Origin: Macrostomum lignano
Lineage: Eukaryota
DNA: 64,000 nt
Direction of reading: 5' to 3'
Assembly: GCA_002269645.1 (NCBI GenBank)
Contig: NIVC01001040.1
Coordinates: 62,001 to 126,000, forward strand
The number at the start of each line of letters is the position of its first letter. The stretch's first letter is position 1. This document shows positions 1-11,974 of the stretch, piece by piece. The position numbers and the translations under genes are program-made. Under the pieces are notes generated by a model. That model searched no databases. It was not told the DNA's origin and worked only from the letters and a program-made list of their open reading frames with translations.

Positions 1-1371
1 ACGCTACAATGATCCGAAATGGATTTTTTGATTGTACTTTCACTTTACAGGTAAAAGTACAAAAAACGTGTTTTTTGAGGTCGAAAAATTGGCATTTTTT
101 TCAACTTTGCCTCACCGCAGCGAAAAGGACGCGCGATAGCGCGGCCTTTGAGCTGCCTCCTAGCCTTAAAAACACTTGGGGCTGTTTGATGCGCTATAGT
201 TTTTTGGGCTAAAATGTACTTTTCACATAGCTGCCTATCTGCACTTTAAAAGTACAAACTTTTAGAACACTTTTGAAAGGCCTATCTCGTCGAGATGGAA
301 AAGTTTATTTTTTACTTTTTCTATACCAAATCACTCAACAGGATGTCCTCTATTCGGAAATGTTGAGATCGGGCCGATTGGGCCATTAATAACTTGCCCA
401 GGTGCCAAAGAGTGCCTAAAAACGACGTTTTCGAAAAACTGGGTCACGTTTTTAAAAAGTAGTCCCAAAAAATAAGAAAGCGTTTTAAGCTACGGTGTTG
501 AGACTTTAACACAACGTGTCAAACATATGGAAATTTGTTTTCTTGAATTTTCTAAGCATTTGGACCTACCTGTGCTGAGCAGTGACCCGGAAACCAGGGA
601 AAAAAGAAGCCGGGGCTCTGCAGAAAATCAGACGTTGTTAAGGAAAATTTTTTAAAATGGGGCGAATTTTTTCGAGTGTAGTGTCAAATTGTAGCCTATT
701 GGATGCTCTTTTGAATGACATAAGACACTCATGAAAAAACCCCTGTTAACAGGTACTTTTTACCTGTTAAGTGAAAAACGGCCCATTTGGGGGTACAAAC
801 TTTGAAGTCGAAAAATAAGAATTTTTGCGCACCGATTTTTCTGCATTTTCAATATTGTTTAGTCGAATAGCTAAAGTTACACCGGTCATACGCCAATATG
901 GCTGGAAAATTCGTATTTTTGAGAAAATTGGCTCCGAATTTTGAGTAGGCCATTTTTGGGCAAATTTTGAGCATACTTTTGCTAATAACTCTGCATTGGC
1001 GAGACCTAGAGACTCAAGTTTGGTGTCTAAAAACAGCACTATGGATGCATTATGCAGCTAAATCAGTTTTGAAAACTGATTCTTAGGTTAACATGTCTTA
1101 ATACCTGTTTGATTACCTGTCAGAACAGGTGAAAATTCATATTTTGGCGCCTAGCAGCCGAAAAATTTGTTGACATAATTTGAAAATGCATTGGATGAAT
1201 GCGCCTTGATGTTATCTCTGTAACTACATGCGACTCGTATTTTTAGGTAGAAGCGTTGCGATGCAACGAGCAGAAATGTATGAAAAAGCAGCAAAAATGG
1301 TAGAAATGGCTGCTATTAGCGATATTCGATATAAAATACGTGTACTATGGGCCAACTTAGTAAGCAAATTG

Positions 1372-1426
1372 TGGCTCAGTGGCAGAGTTAGTTTCCATAC
1401 AATTGAGTGCTGCAGGGTTCGATTCC
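1372..1426 (+). other. tRNA-like Pol III promoter remnant (A box/B box), SINE-head-like; not an intact tRNA
   Basis: TGGCTCAGTGG at 1372-1382 and GGTTCGATTCC at 1416-1426 at tRNA-like spacing; no convincing acceptor stem or cloverleaf seen. Confidence 0.5.
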
Positions 1427-1524
1427 CAAGAGATCCGAAAAATTTTTTAGTTTAAAGTTCTTTTAGAGCAAACAGAATCCAGATTTTTTGTATTTTTATT
1501 TCTCTAACTATTATGTTTTTTATA

Positions 1525-2503
1525 CGAGGGGTGTCCAAAAAGTAGTGATACTTTTAACCGTAGCTCTCGTTATATAGCTTCCTGTGATTTAAAATTTTAT
1601 GAACTGATAGCGGCAAATCTCTTCTACAGACTGCTTTTTGAATTTTTAAAATTGATACCAGAGAACAAAAGTTATACCCACAAAAGTAACAGTACCTGTA
1701 CCATAGAGTTACACAGATTATATCAAAATTTATGATAGTCGACTTCTGCACTTATTCATTAAGAAGGCATCGATAAATGTCTTGTTTAAGCAATACCAAA
1801 GCCCAATTGCAAAATTATGCTCACTGCGACTGACTGAAATTTGTCTATGGACAGAATCATGCGCAGAAAAATAAAGCATTAAATTCATTACTTTACTTGC
1901 AAACAGAGGAGCTTGCATTTTGCAATTGATTTCATTGCCCATACTCGATAACACACATGGATGTGCACTCAGTTGTTGCTCAGCAAAGTACTATCTTCAC
2001 TCTTTGGCGTGCTGGCCATAGTGCCTCAGAAATTCACGCAAAACTTTGCTCTGCGCACGGATCTCTGCAGTCAGCAAAATGACATGAGTTTATCGATGGA
2101 TGGAGCAGTTCAGCAAGGGAAGGACTGACTTGGCAGATCAGCATCGGACGGGGCGGCCATACGTTCATCGACCTGGCGGACTCCATTCTGAATCTTCTTG
2201 ATGAGGACTCCCGAATGACCATTAGAGAGATCGCTGACAGGTTGGACAAGCCGAAATCAACAATTCATAGAAGCTTACTCGGCATGGATCTCGTGAAGCT
2301 CAGCCTATAATCTGTGTAACTCAATGGTACAGGTACTGTTACTTTCATGGGTATAACTTTTGTTCTCTGGTATCAATTTTAAAAATTCAAAAAGCAGTCT
2401 GTAGAAGAGATTTGCCGCTATCAATTCATAAAATTTTAAATCACAGGAAGCTATAGAACAAGAGCTACGGTTAAAAGTATCACTACTTTTTGGACACCCC
2501 TCG
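1525..2503 (+). mobile_element. Non-autonomous, internally deleted Tc1/mariner element with ~198-bp terminal inverted repeats
   Basis: TA|CGAGGGGTGTCCAAAAAGT...ACTTTTTGGACACCCCTCG|TA with TA target duplication. TIRs 1525-1722 and 2306-2503 match with few mismatches. Confidence 0.9.
1957..2304 (+). pseudogene. Mariner transposase N-terminal DNA-binding (HTH) fragment with frameshifts and stops
   Basis: Hand translation across frameshifts: MDVHSVVAQQSTIFTLWRAGHSASEIHAKLCSAHG / VYRWMEQFSKGRTDLADQHRTGRP / DLADSILNLLDEDSRMTIREIADRLDKPKSTIHRSLLGMDLVKLS, the mariner paired-like HTH pattern. No DD34D domain. Confidence 0.8.
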
Positions 2504-2733
2504 TACAATTAAATTACATTTATTTAAATTTATTTTTCTTTTTATACGTATTTAAAAAGTAACAGTGAATCTTTTAGTGCGGCACGTATGATTGATAGTG
2601 CAAAAAGTATATTACGATACATGTCGGCAAGCAAGTATTTGATGTCTGGTCGTTTGAAGGCTAGAATATAGTTGTAACATATTACAAAGACGTGTTTAGA
2701 TGTGGGAAAAGTTCTCGAGGGGTGGTGGAGCGG

Positions 2734-5732
2734 TGGGGGAGCCAGCCCCCCTTTACCACTAGACTAACTAATGCCAGGGGCGTGGGGGGCGGCCAGCCCC
2801 CCACTATACCACTAGACTAACTAATGCCAGGGGCGTGGGGGGCGGCCAGCCCCCACTATACCACTATACCACTAGACTAACTAATGCCAGGGGCGTGGGG
2901 GGCGGCCAGCCCCCCACTATACCACTAGACTAACTAATGCCAGGGGCGTGGGGGGCGGCCAGCCCCCCACTATACCACTATACCACTAGACTAACTAATG
3001 CCAGGGGCGTGGGGGGCGGCCAGCCCCCCACTATACCACTAGACTAACTAATGCCAGGGGCGTGGGGGGCGGCCAGCCCCCTACTATACCACTAGACTAA
3101 CTAATGCCAGGGGCGTGGGGGCGGCCAGCCCCCCACTATACCACTAGATTAACTAATGCCAGGGGCGTGGGGGGCGGCCAGCCCCCCCACTATACCACTA
3201 GACTAACTAATGCCAGGGGCGAGGGGGCGGCCAGCCCCCACTATACCAATAGACTAACTAATGCCAGGGGCGTGGGGGCGGCGAGCCCCCACTATACCAC
3301 TAGACTAACTAATGCCAGGGGCGTGGGGGCGGCCAGCCCCCACTATACCACTAGACTAACTAATGCCAGGGGCGTGGGGCGGCCAGCCCCCACTATACCA
3401 CTATACCACTAGACTAACTAATGCCAGGGGCGTGGGGGCGGCCAGCCCCCACTATACCACTAGATTAACTAATGCCAGGGGCGTGGGGGCGGCCAGCCCC
3501 CACTATACCACTATACCACTAGACTAACTAATGCCAGGGGCGTGGGGGGCGGCCAGCCCCCCACTATACCACTAGATTAACTAATGCCAGGGGCGTGGGG
3601 GGCGGCCAGCCCCCCACTATACCACTAGACTAACTAATGCCAGGGGCGTGGGGGGCGGCCAGCCCCCTACTATACCACTAGACTAACTAATGCCAGGGGC
3701 GTGGGGGGCGGCCAGCCCCCCACTATACCACTAGACTAACTAATGCCAGGGGCGTGGGGGGCGGCCAGCCCCCCACTATACCACTAGACTAACTAATGCC
3801 AGGGGCGTGGGGGCGGCCAGCCCCCCACTATACCACTAGACTAACTAATGCCAGGGGCGTGGGGGGCGGCGAGCCCCCCACTATACCACTAGACTAACTA
3901 ATGCCAGGGGCCTGGGGGCGGCGAGCCCCCCACTCTACCACTAGACTAATAAATGCCAGGGGCGTGGGGGGGGGCCATGCAGCCCCCCACTATACCACTA
4001 GACTAACTAATGCCAGGGGCGTGGGGGCGGCGAGCCCCCCACTATACCACTAGACTAATAAATGCCAGGGGCGTGGGGGGCGGCCAGCCCCCCACTATAC
4101 CACTAGACTAACTAATGCCAGGGGCGTGGGGGCGGCCAGCCCCCACTATACCACTAGACTAACTAATGCCAGGGGCGTGGGGGGCGGCCAGCCCCCACTA
4201 TACCACTATACCACTAGACTAACTAATGCCAGGGGCGTGGGGGCGGCCAGCCCCCACTATACCACTAGACTAACTAATGCCAGGGGCGTGGGGGCGGCCA
4301 GCCCCCTACTATACCACTAGACTAACTAATGCCAGGGGCGTGGGGGCGGCCAGCCCCCCACTATACCACTATACCACTGGACTAACTAATGCCAGGGGCG
4401 TGGGGGGCGGCCAGCCTCCCACTATACCACTAGATTAACTAATGCCAGGGGCGTGGGGGGCGGCCAGCCCCCCACTATACCACTAGACTAATAAATGCCA
4501 GGGGCGTGGGGGGCGGCCAGCCCCCCACTATACCACTAGACTAACTAATGCCAGGGGCGTGGGGGGCGGCCAGCCCCCTACTATACCACTAGACTAACTA
4601 ATACCAGGGGCGTGGGGGCGGCGAGCCCCCCACTATACCACTAGACTAATAAATGCCAGGGGCGTGGGGGGCGGCCAGCCCCCCACTATACCACTAGACT
4701 AACTAATGCCAGGGGCGTGGGGGCGGCCAGCCCCCTACTATACCACTAGACTAACTAATGCCAGGGCGTGGGGGGCGGCCAGCCCCTACTATACCACTAG
4801 ACTAACTAATGCCAGGGGCGTGGGGGGCGGCCAGCCCCCCACTATACACTAGACTAACTAATGCCAGGGGCGTGGGGGGCGGCCAGCCCCCCACTATACC
4901 ACTAGACTAACTAATGCCAGGGGCGTGGGGGGCGGCCAGCCCCCTACTATACCACTAGACTAACTAATGCCAGGGGCGTGGGGGCGGCCAGCCCCCCACT
5001 ATACCACTAGACTAACTAATGCCAGGGGCGTGGGGGCGGCCAGCCCCCCACTATACCACTATACCACTAGACTAACTAATGCCAGGGGCGTGGGGGGCGG
5101 CCAGCCCCCCACTATACCACTAGACTAACTAATGCCAGGGGCGTGGGGGCGGCCAGCCCCCTACTATACCACTAGACTAACTAATGCCAGGGGCGTGGGG
5201 GCGGCCAGCCCCCCACTATACCACTATACCACTGGACTAACTAATGCCAGGGGCGTGGGGGGCGGCCAGCCTCCCACTATACCACTAGATTAACTAATGC
5301 CAGGGGCGTGGGGGGCGGCCAGCCCCCCCACTATACCACTAGACTAATAAATGCCAGGGGCGTGGGGGGCGGCCAGCCCCACTATACCACTAGACTAACT
5401 AATGCCAGGGGCGTGGGGGCGGCCAGCCCCCTACTATACCACTAGACTAACTAATACCAGGGGCGTGGGGGCGGCGAGCCCCCACTATACCACTAGACTA
5501 ATAAATGCCAGGGGCGTGGGGGCGGCCAGCCCCCCACTATACCACTAGACTAACTAATGCCAGGGGCGTGGGGGCGGCCAGCCCCCTACTATACCACTAG
5601 ACTAACTAATGCCAGGGGCGTGGGGGCGGCCAGCCCCTACTATACCACTAGACTAACTAATGCCAGGGGCGTGGGGGGCGGCCAGCCCCCTACTATACCA
5701 CTAGACTAACTAATGCCAGGGGCGTGGGGGGC
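2734..5732 (+). repeat. ~51-53-bp GC-rich minisatellite, ~57 copies; each unit has a hairpin followed by CTAG
   Basis: Unit GCCAGGGGCGTGGGGGGCGGCCAGCCCCCCACTATACCACTAGACTAACTAAT; variation mainly in G/C run lengths and an extra CTATACCA. Confidence 0.97.
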
Positions 5733-6114
5733 TTTTTAGCTCTCAATTTAGGTTAAATAAATAGATGTCATAGCCATAAACAATAATGGACACAATATAA
5801 ACCATCGTCCCACCTTTGAAGACGACAGCGTCTTCATTCACTAGTTTATTAGGTCCGTTTTTCCAAACCTCTTTGCTGGGGTAATATTTGATACCTCTTG
5901 GCAAGCAAAAGAAAAGTAAGAAAAGAAATTCTCAAGAAATTGTTCCACTGCCAAATGAGTGCCAACACCTGTGGCAGCAGGAGTTCTGCAGTGTGGTTGT
6001 GCTGGACACCGGACCGGACTGCGCGAGCGTGCTGGCCGGTGACCGAGCTCAACAGCTCAGCCTGGGCCGATGCGTTGTTGCCAAGCGTTGCCGGGCTGTT
6101 GCTGGGCGAATCCT

Positions 6115-8194
6115 GCTGGCTGTAGCTTATCCCCAGGCTGTGGCTCTCATGCTGACGGAGCTGGGCACTTGCTGTCTGTAGCTTATCCCCAGACTGTGGC
6201 TCTCATGCTGACGGAGCTGGGCACTTTCTGTCTGTAGCTTATCCCCAGGCTGTGGCTCTCATGCTGACGGAGCTGAGCACTTGCTGGCTGTAGCTTATCC
6301 CCAGACTGTGGCTCTCATGCTGACGGAGCTGGGCACTTGCTGTCTGTAGCTTATCCCCAGGCTGTGGCTCTCATGCTGACGGAGCTGGGCACTTGCTGTC
6401 TGTAGCTTATCCCCAGGCTGTGGCTCTCATGCTGACGGAGCTGGGCACTTGCTGTCTGTAGCTTATCCCCAGGCTGTGGCTCTCATGCTGACGGAGCTGA
6501 GCACTTGCTGGCTGTAGCTTATCCCCAGACTGTGGCTCTCATGCTGACGGAGCTGGGCACTTGCTGTCTGTAGCTTATCCCCAGGCTGTGGCTCTCATGC
6601 TGACGGAGCTGGGCACTTGCTGTCTGTAGCTTATCCCCAGGCTGTGGCTCTCATGCTGACGGAGCTGGGCACTTGCTGTCTGTAGCTTATCCCCAGGCTG
6701 TGGCTCTCATGCTGACGGAGCTGGGCACCTGCTGTCTGTAGCTTATCCCCAGGCTGTGGCTCTCATGCTGACGGAGCTGGGCACTTGCTGTCTGTAGCTT
6801 ATCCCCAGGCTGTGGCTCTCATGCTGACGGAGCTGGGCACCTGCTGGCTGTAGCTTATCCCCAGGCTGTGGCTCTCATGCTGACGGAGCTGGGCATCTGC
6901 TGTCTGTAGCTTATCCCAAGGCTGTGGCTCTCATGCTGACGGAGCTGGGTACTTGCTGGCTGTAGCTTATCCCCAGGCTGTGGCTCTCATGCTGACGGAG
7001 CTGGGCACTTGCTGTCTGTAGCTTATCCCCAGGCTGTGGCTCTCATGCTGACGGAGCTGGGCACCTGCTGTCTGTAGCTTATCCCCAGGCTGTGGCTCTC
7101 ATGCTGACGGAGCTGGGCACTTGCTGTCTGTAGCTTATCCCCAGGCTGTGGCTCTCATGCTGACGGAGCTGGGCACCTGCTGGCTGTAGCTTATCCCCAG
7201 GCTGTGGCTCTCATGCTGACGGAGCTGGGCATCTGCTGTCTGTAGCTTATCCCAAGGCTGTGGCTCTCATGCTGACGGAGCTGGGTACTTGCTGGCTGTA
7301 GCTTATCCCCAGGCTGTGGCTCTCATGCTGACGGAGCTGGGCACTTGCTGTCTGTAGCTTATCCCCAGGCTGTGGCTCTCATGCTGACGGAGCTGGGCAC
7401 TTTCTGTCTGTAGCTTATCCCCAGGCTGTGGCTCTCATGCTGACGGAGCTGGGCACTTGCTGTCTGTAGCTTATCCCCAGGCTGTGGCTCTCATGCTGAC
7501 GGAGCTGGGCACCTGCTGGCTGTAGCTTATCCCCAGGCTGTGGCTCTCATGCTGACGGAGCTGGGCACCTGCTGGCTGTAGCTTATCCCCAGGCTGTGGC
7601 TCTCATGCTGACGGAGCTGGGCACCTGCTGTCTGTAGCTTATCCCCAGGCTGTGGCTCTCATGCTGACGGAGCTGGGCACCTGCTGGCTGTAGCTTATCC
7701 CCAGGCTGTGGCTCTCATGCTGACGGAGCTGGGCACCTGCTGGCTGTAGCTTATCCCCAGGCTGTGGCTCTCATGCTGACGGAGCTGGGCACTTGCTGTC
7801 TGTAGCTTATCCCCAGGCTGTGGCTCTCATGCTGATGGAGCTGGGCACTTGCTGTCTGTAGCTTATCCCCAGGCTGTGGCTCTCATGCTGACGGAGCTGG
7901 GCACCTGCTGGCTGTAGCTTATCCCCAGGCTGTGGCTCTCATGCTGACGGAGCTGGGCACTTTCTGTCTGTAGCTTATCCCCAGGCTGTGGCTCTCATGC
8001 TGACGGAGCTGGGCACTTGCTGTCTGTTGCTTATCCCCAGGCTGTGGCTCTCATGCTGACGGAGCTGGGCACTTGCTGTCTGTAGCTTATCCTCAGGCTG
8101 TGGCTCTCATACTGACGGAGCTGGGCACCTGCTGGCTGTAGCTTATCCCCAGGCTGTGGCTGTGGCTCTCATGCTGACGGAGCTGGGCACTTGC
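6115..8194. repeat. 56-bp minisatellite, ~37 copies
   Basis: Unit TAGCTTATCCCCAGGCTGTGGCTCTCATGCTGACGGAGCTGGGCACTTGCTGTCTG; period 56 (6121 to 6177). Confidence 0.97.
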
Positions 8195-8284
8195 GACAGC
8201 GCTGGCGACTAATATTGGCCTCATTGGCAGCTGATGGGGGAGCTGCAGCCGCCAAAACCAGATCAACTGTAGCCTAAGCTTAAG

Positions 8285-8515
8285 ATTAAGCTACCAGCCT
8301 CCCAGATACCAGATTAAGCTACCAGCCTCCCAGATTCCCAGATTAGGCTACCAGCCTCCCAGATCCCCAGATTAAGCTACCAGCCTCCCAGATCCTCAGA
8401 TTAAGCTACCAGCCTCCCAGATCCCCGATTAAGCTGCCGGCCTCCCAAATCATCATATTAAGATACCAGCCTCATAGATCCCCATATTAAGCTACCACAA
8501 TGCCAGATCCCCACT
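8285..8515. repeat. Degenerate ~29-bp tandem repeat, ~7 copies
   Basis: GATTAAGCTACCAGCCTCCCAGATCCCCA-like units. Confidence 0.85.
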
Positions 8516-8614
8516 ATATTCTCCCATAATTAACAATGCACCATTTGCCCCACCCATCCGCAGTCGCGCTTCCCTGGTCAGGTGGCAGCAGCTTCTACGG
8601 TTATTTCTGCATCC

Positions 8615-9290
8615 TCAAGCGGACTGGGCTGGCTCGTGGGCGATGGAGAGGCGGTGCTGCTGGACGCGAGCTGCAGCTTGGTTGAGCGAAGGCTGCTGAA
8701 CTGCCAGATCAGCTGTGCGGTGTCGAGCAGAGCCGATGGCATCCAAGGCGATCCCAGCAGGCACAGAGGTTTGAAAATTGCGGGACTCGAGTCCAGCATT
8801 GCCTGGCTGTGCTGTTGCTGCCATCAAATCCACTGCTGCCTGACTGCCCCAGCTGAAGTCCAGTCAGTGCCGGACACAGCTATTAATATTTATTGCTAGG
8901 AATTCAGCAGTGAGCAGCACATTGCTGACTGCTGTCTCATTTGAGTTCAGACTCAAGGACCGATTGTTGCTATGCCAATCAAAAATCAGTACTGATCATA
9001 AATCATTACCGTCTGGCACCTGTGTGATCAGCCGGTTCCGCTTGAGTCGAGAGTCTGAGCCGCTGCATCGGTGGGCAGATGTGGTTTGTCTCAGACCCGG
9101 CCGACTCTTGGCCATAGACAGCGGCTGGCTGCATCAGTTGGAGTACGGCAGCTGGGGCTTCCAGTGCGCCTGACTGTCCGATTGCTGCAACTGGAGACTG
9201 GCGTCTCAGCTTCATCGGTTGCTGGTGAACCATTGCCCCATGCAGCTGTGCCTGCTGCCGTGTGCTTCGGGTGACAGCGGCTTGTGTCTC
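8615..9290 (-). CDS. Possible two low-complexity Q/A/S-rich coding exons of an unknown gene
   Basis: Open minus-strand frames (9006-9233 extended upstream; 8615-8833) can be joined in phase via donor CG|GTAATG (~9008) and acceptor GGACTTCAG|C (~8855). No recognisable domain. Confidence 0.2.
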
Positions 9291-9319
9291 TGCATTGACT
9301 TACTGCAGCTGTTGATCAA

Positions 9320-9529
9320 GTGCTCAATAAGCCTGAGTTGGTTAAACTGTGCTCAGTAAGCCTGAGTTGGTTAAACTGTGCTCAATAAGCCTGAGTTGGT
9401 TAAACTGTGCTCAGTAAGCCTGAGTTGGTTAAACTGTGCTCAGTAAGCCTGAGTTGGTTAAACTGTGCTCAGTAAGCCTGAGTTGGTTAAACTGTGCTCA
9501 GTAAGCGTGAGTTGGTTAAACTGTGCTCA
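9320..9529. repeat. 29-bp tandem repeat, copy A (~7 units)
   Basis: AGCCTGAGTTGGTTAAACTGTGCTCAGTA. Confidence 0.95.
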
Positions 9530-9706
9530 CAGGTTGTAATTCTGAGTTGGTATCGATTTTTAATCAGAATGGAATCTGGAGACTGTGCAGCATGTGAGGC
9601 GATTCTGCGAATATGAGATCATGAGGTCCATGTTTATTGTTTATTTACTTGGATGTCTTTGATAAATTTATAACAAATCGTTCGTTTAGCATTTAGGCAT
9701 TGATTT

Positions 9707-10190
9707 AGGTCATAGACAATTGCGGTCATCCTCAGTAGGTCATAGACAATTGCGGTCATACTCAGTAGGTCATCATACAATTGCGGTCATGCTCAGTAGG
9801 TCATCAGACAATTGCGGTCACACCCAGCAGGTCATAGACAATTGCGGTCATGCTCAGTAGGTCATAGGCAATTGCGGTCATGCTCAGTAGATCATAGACA
9901 ATTGCGGTCATGCTCAGTAGGTCATAGGCAATTGCGGTCATGCTCAGTAGGTCATAGGCAATTTCGGTCATGCTCAGTAGGTCATAGACAATTGCGGTCA
10001 TGCTCAGTAGGTCATAGACAATCGCGGTCATGCTCAGTAGGTCATAGACAATTGCGGTCATGCACAGTAGGTCATAGACAATTGCGGTCATGCTCAGTAG
10101 GTCATAGACAATTGCGGTCATCCTCAGTAGGTCATAGACAATTGCGGTCATGCTCAGTGGGTCATAGACAATTAGGGTCATACTCAGTAC
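9707..10190. repeat. 30-bp minisatellite, copy A (~16 units)
   Basis: GGTCATAGACAATTGCGGTCATGCTCAGTA; explains the MTAIVYDLLS ORF. Confidence 0.95.
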
Positions 10191-10526
10191 ATGTAGATCA
10201 TAGACAATCATGATCACAACTCGTACATGTAGGGTAGCTGTGAAAAATCGGTAATAAACAGTAAATGAATTCATCGATCAAAATTAACAATAGCATGAAA
10301 CCTACGACCCCCTTTTACCTTCTATTCTACGCCCTTTCCCCTGATCTTACCCTCACCAGAATCTCACCCGAGTTTCACCAGAATCTCACAAAGATGGGGA
10401 CAAAGCGACATGACATGCATGAATTAATAATTCTCCGATGTACGCCTGCATGCAGCCTACTAGAAAATTATGATAACTTTGCTGGATATGAGAGGGTAGA
10501 GAGAAGAGTAAAGAAGACTGTCATAT

Positions 10527-10892
10527 CAAACAGGAAATTCCCATTTCTAACAGGAGACTCCCATGTCTAACAGGAGACTCCCATGTCTAACAGGAGACTC
10601 CCATGTCTAACAGGAGACTCCCATGTCTAACAGGAAATTCCCATTTCTAACAGGAGACTCCCATGTCTAACAGGAGACTCCCATGTCTAACAGGAGACTC
10701 CCATGTCTAACAGGAAATTCCCATGACTAACAGGAGACTCCCATGTCTAACAGGAGACTCCCATGTCTAACAGGAAATTCCCATGACTAACAGGAGACTC
10801 CCATGTCTAACAGGAGACTCCCATGTCTAACAGGAGACTCCCATGCCTAACAGGAGACTCCCATGTCTAACAGGACACCATGTCTAACAGCA
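10527..10892. repeat. 20-bp minisatellite, copy A (~18 units)
   Basis: AACAGGAGACTCCCATGTCT. Confidence 0.95.
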
Positions 10893-11589
10893 AGAGTGTG
10901 CATTCTGAGTATTCTAGATAGCAGCGGGTTTAAAACCATACTCTGCTATCTAGAGTAGTCTCAAAAGTGTTTTCCCACCAAATTCAGTCCAAATAAAAGC
11001 AGAAATGCGGTTCTATTCTCATTTTCCTGCTCAAAACAGCGGCTGAGGTCGCTGAGCAGCCCCTCATACCCCGCCATAGTCTCAGTTCAATGCAAAGCGA
11101 AGCCACTGCAAACACTTATTTATGTACATTTCACAGTGCACTGAGTGAGCACAGACTCAAGTGTCTGCCAGCATCATTGATGCAGCATCAGCTGTTCAAA
11201 AGAGATGCACAGAATGGCTGATGCTCGTTCGAACACACTTTTGTGCAGATGAAGCAACAAGCCGCACCACCCAGCCTCCAGCATAGCACATTGCTCATCT
11301 GTCCACAGACTCTCTCCGAGCTCGAGTCTCCCCCGTTGCCATGGCAACTGGAGCAGCTCTGCAGCGTCTGTGAGGTTAAGGGCTCTGCACATCTCTTTGC
11401 TCACTGTGTGAGGGGCCGAGCCGTGAGGCAGCCTCAGACCTCATGACACTCTGCAAGCCCTTTGAAAACAATGGCCAGCTTCACTGCATGCCTGCTTCAT
11501 CAGCATCAGCTCTGCCTTCCCCGCATTGTTGTGTGCACTGTACTGAGTGAGGCTCAGAAATGATGCTGCGAAATATTGAAATATGAAAT

Positions 11590-11937
11590 GGGACACAGCG
11601 GGTCACGGCAAGTCAGGACACAGCGGGTCACGGCAAGTCAGGACACAGCGGGTCACGGCAAGTCAGGACACAGCGGGTCACGGCAAGTCAGGACACAGCG
11701 GGTCACGGCAAGTCAGGACACAGCGGGTCACGGCAAGTCAGGACACAGCGGGTCACGGCAAGTCAGAACACAGCGGGTCACGCCAAGTCAGGACACAGCG
11801 GGTCACGGCAAGTCAGGACACAGCGGGTCACGGCAAGTCAGGACACAGCGGGTCACGGCAAGTCAGGACACAGCGGGTCACGGCAAGTCAGGACACAGCG
11901 GGTCACGGCAAGTCAGGACACAGCGGGTCACGGCAAG
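11590..11937. repeat. 25-bp minisatellite, copy A (~14 units)
   Basis: GGACACAGCGGGTCACGGCAAGTCA. Confidence 0.95.
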
Positions 11938-11974
11938 CCAAGCGGTGGCTGTATATTTAACTGAGAACTCTTGA

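Noticed and set aside
742-771. Overlapping palindromes CCTGTTAACAGG and TTAACAGGTA-CTTTT-TACCTGTTAA in AT-rich, transposon-like DNA
   Set aside because: May be a subterminal motif of a DNA transposon, but no partner end or TSD is identifiable in the window.
2734-8194. Regular repeats that might suggest a CRISPR array
   Set aside because: Head-to-tail units with no unique spacers, no cas genes, and a eukaryotic intron-containing context.
11174-11404. Protein-like minus-strand ORF (SKEMCRALNLTDAAELLQLPW...)
   Set aside because: No recognisable domain, and frameshifted by a 2-nt loss in copy B; it could be an old exon but is unsupported.
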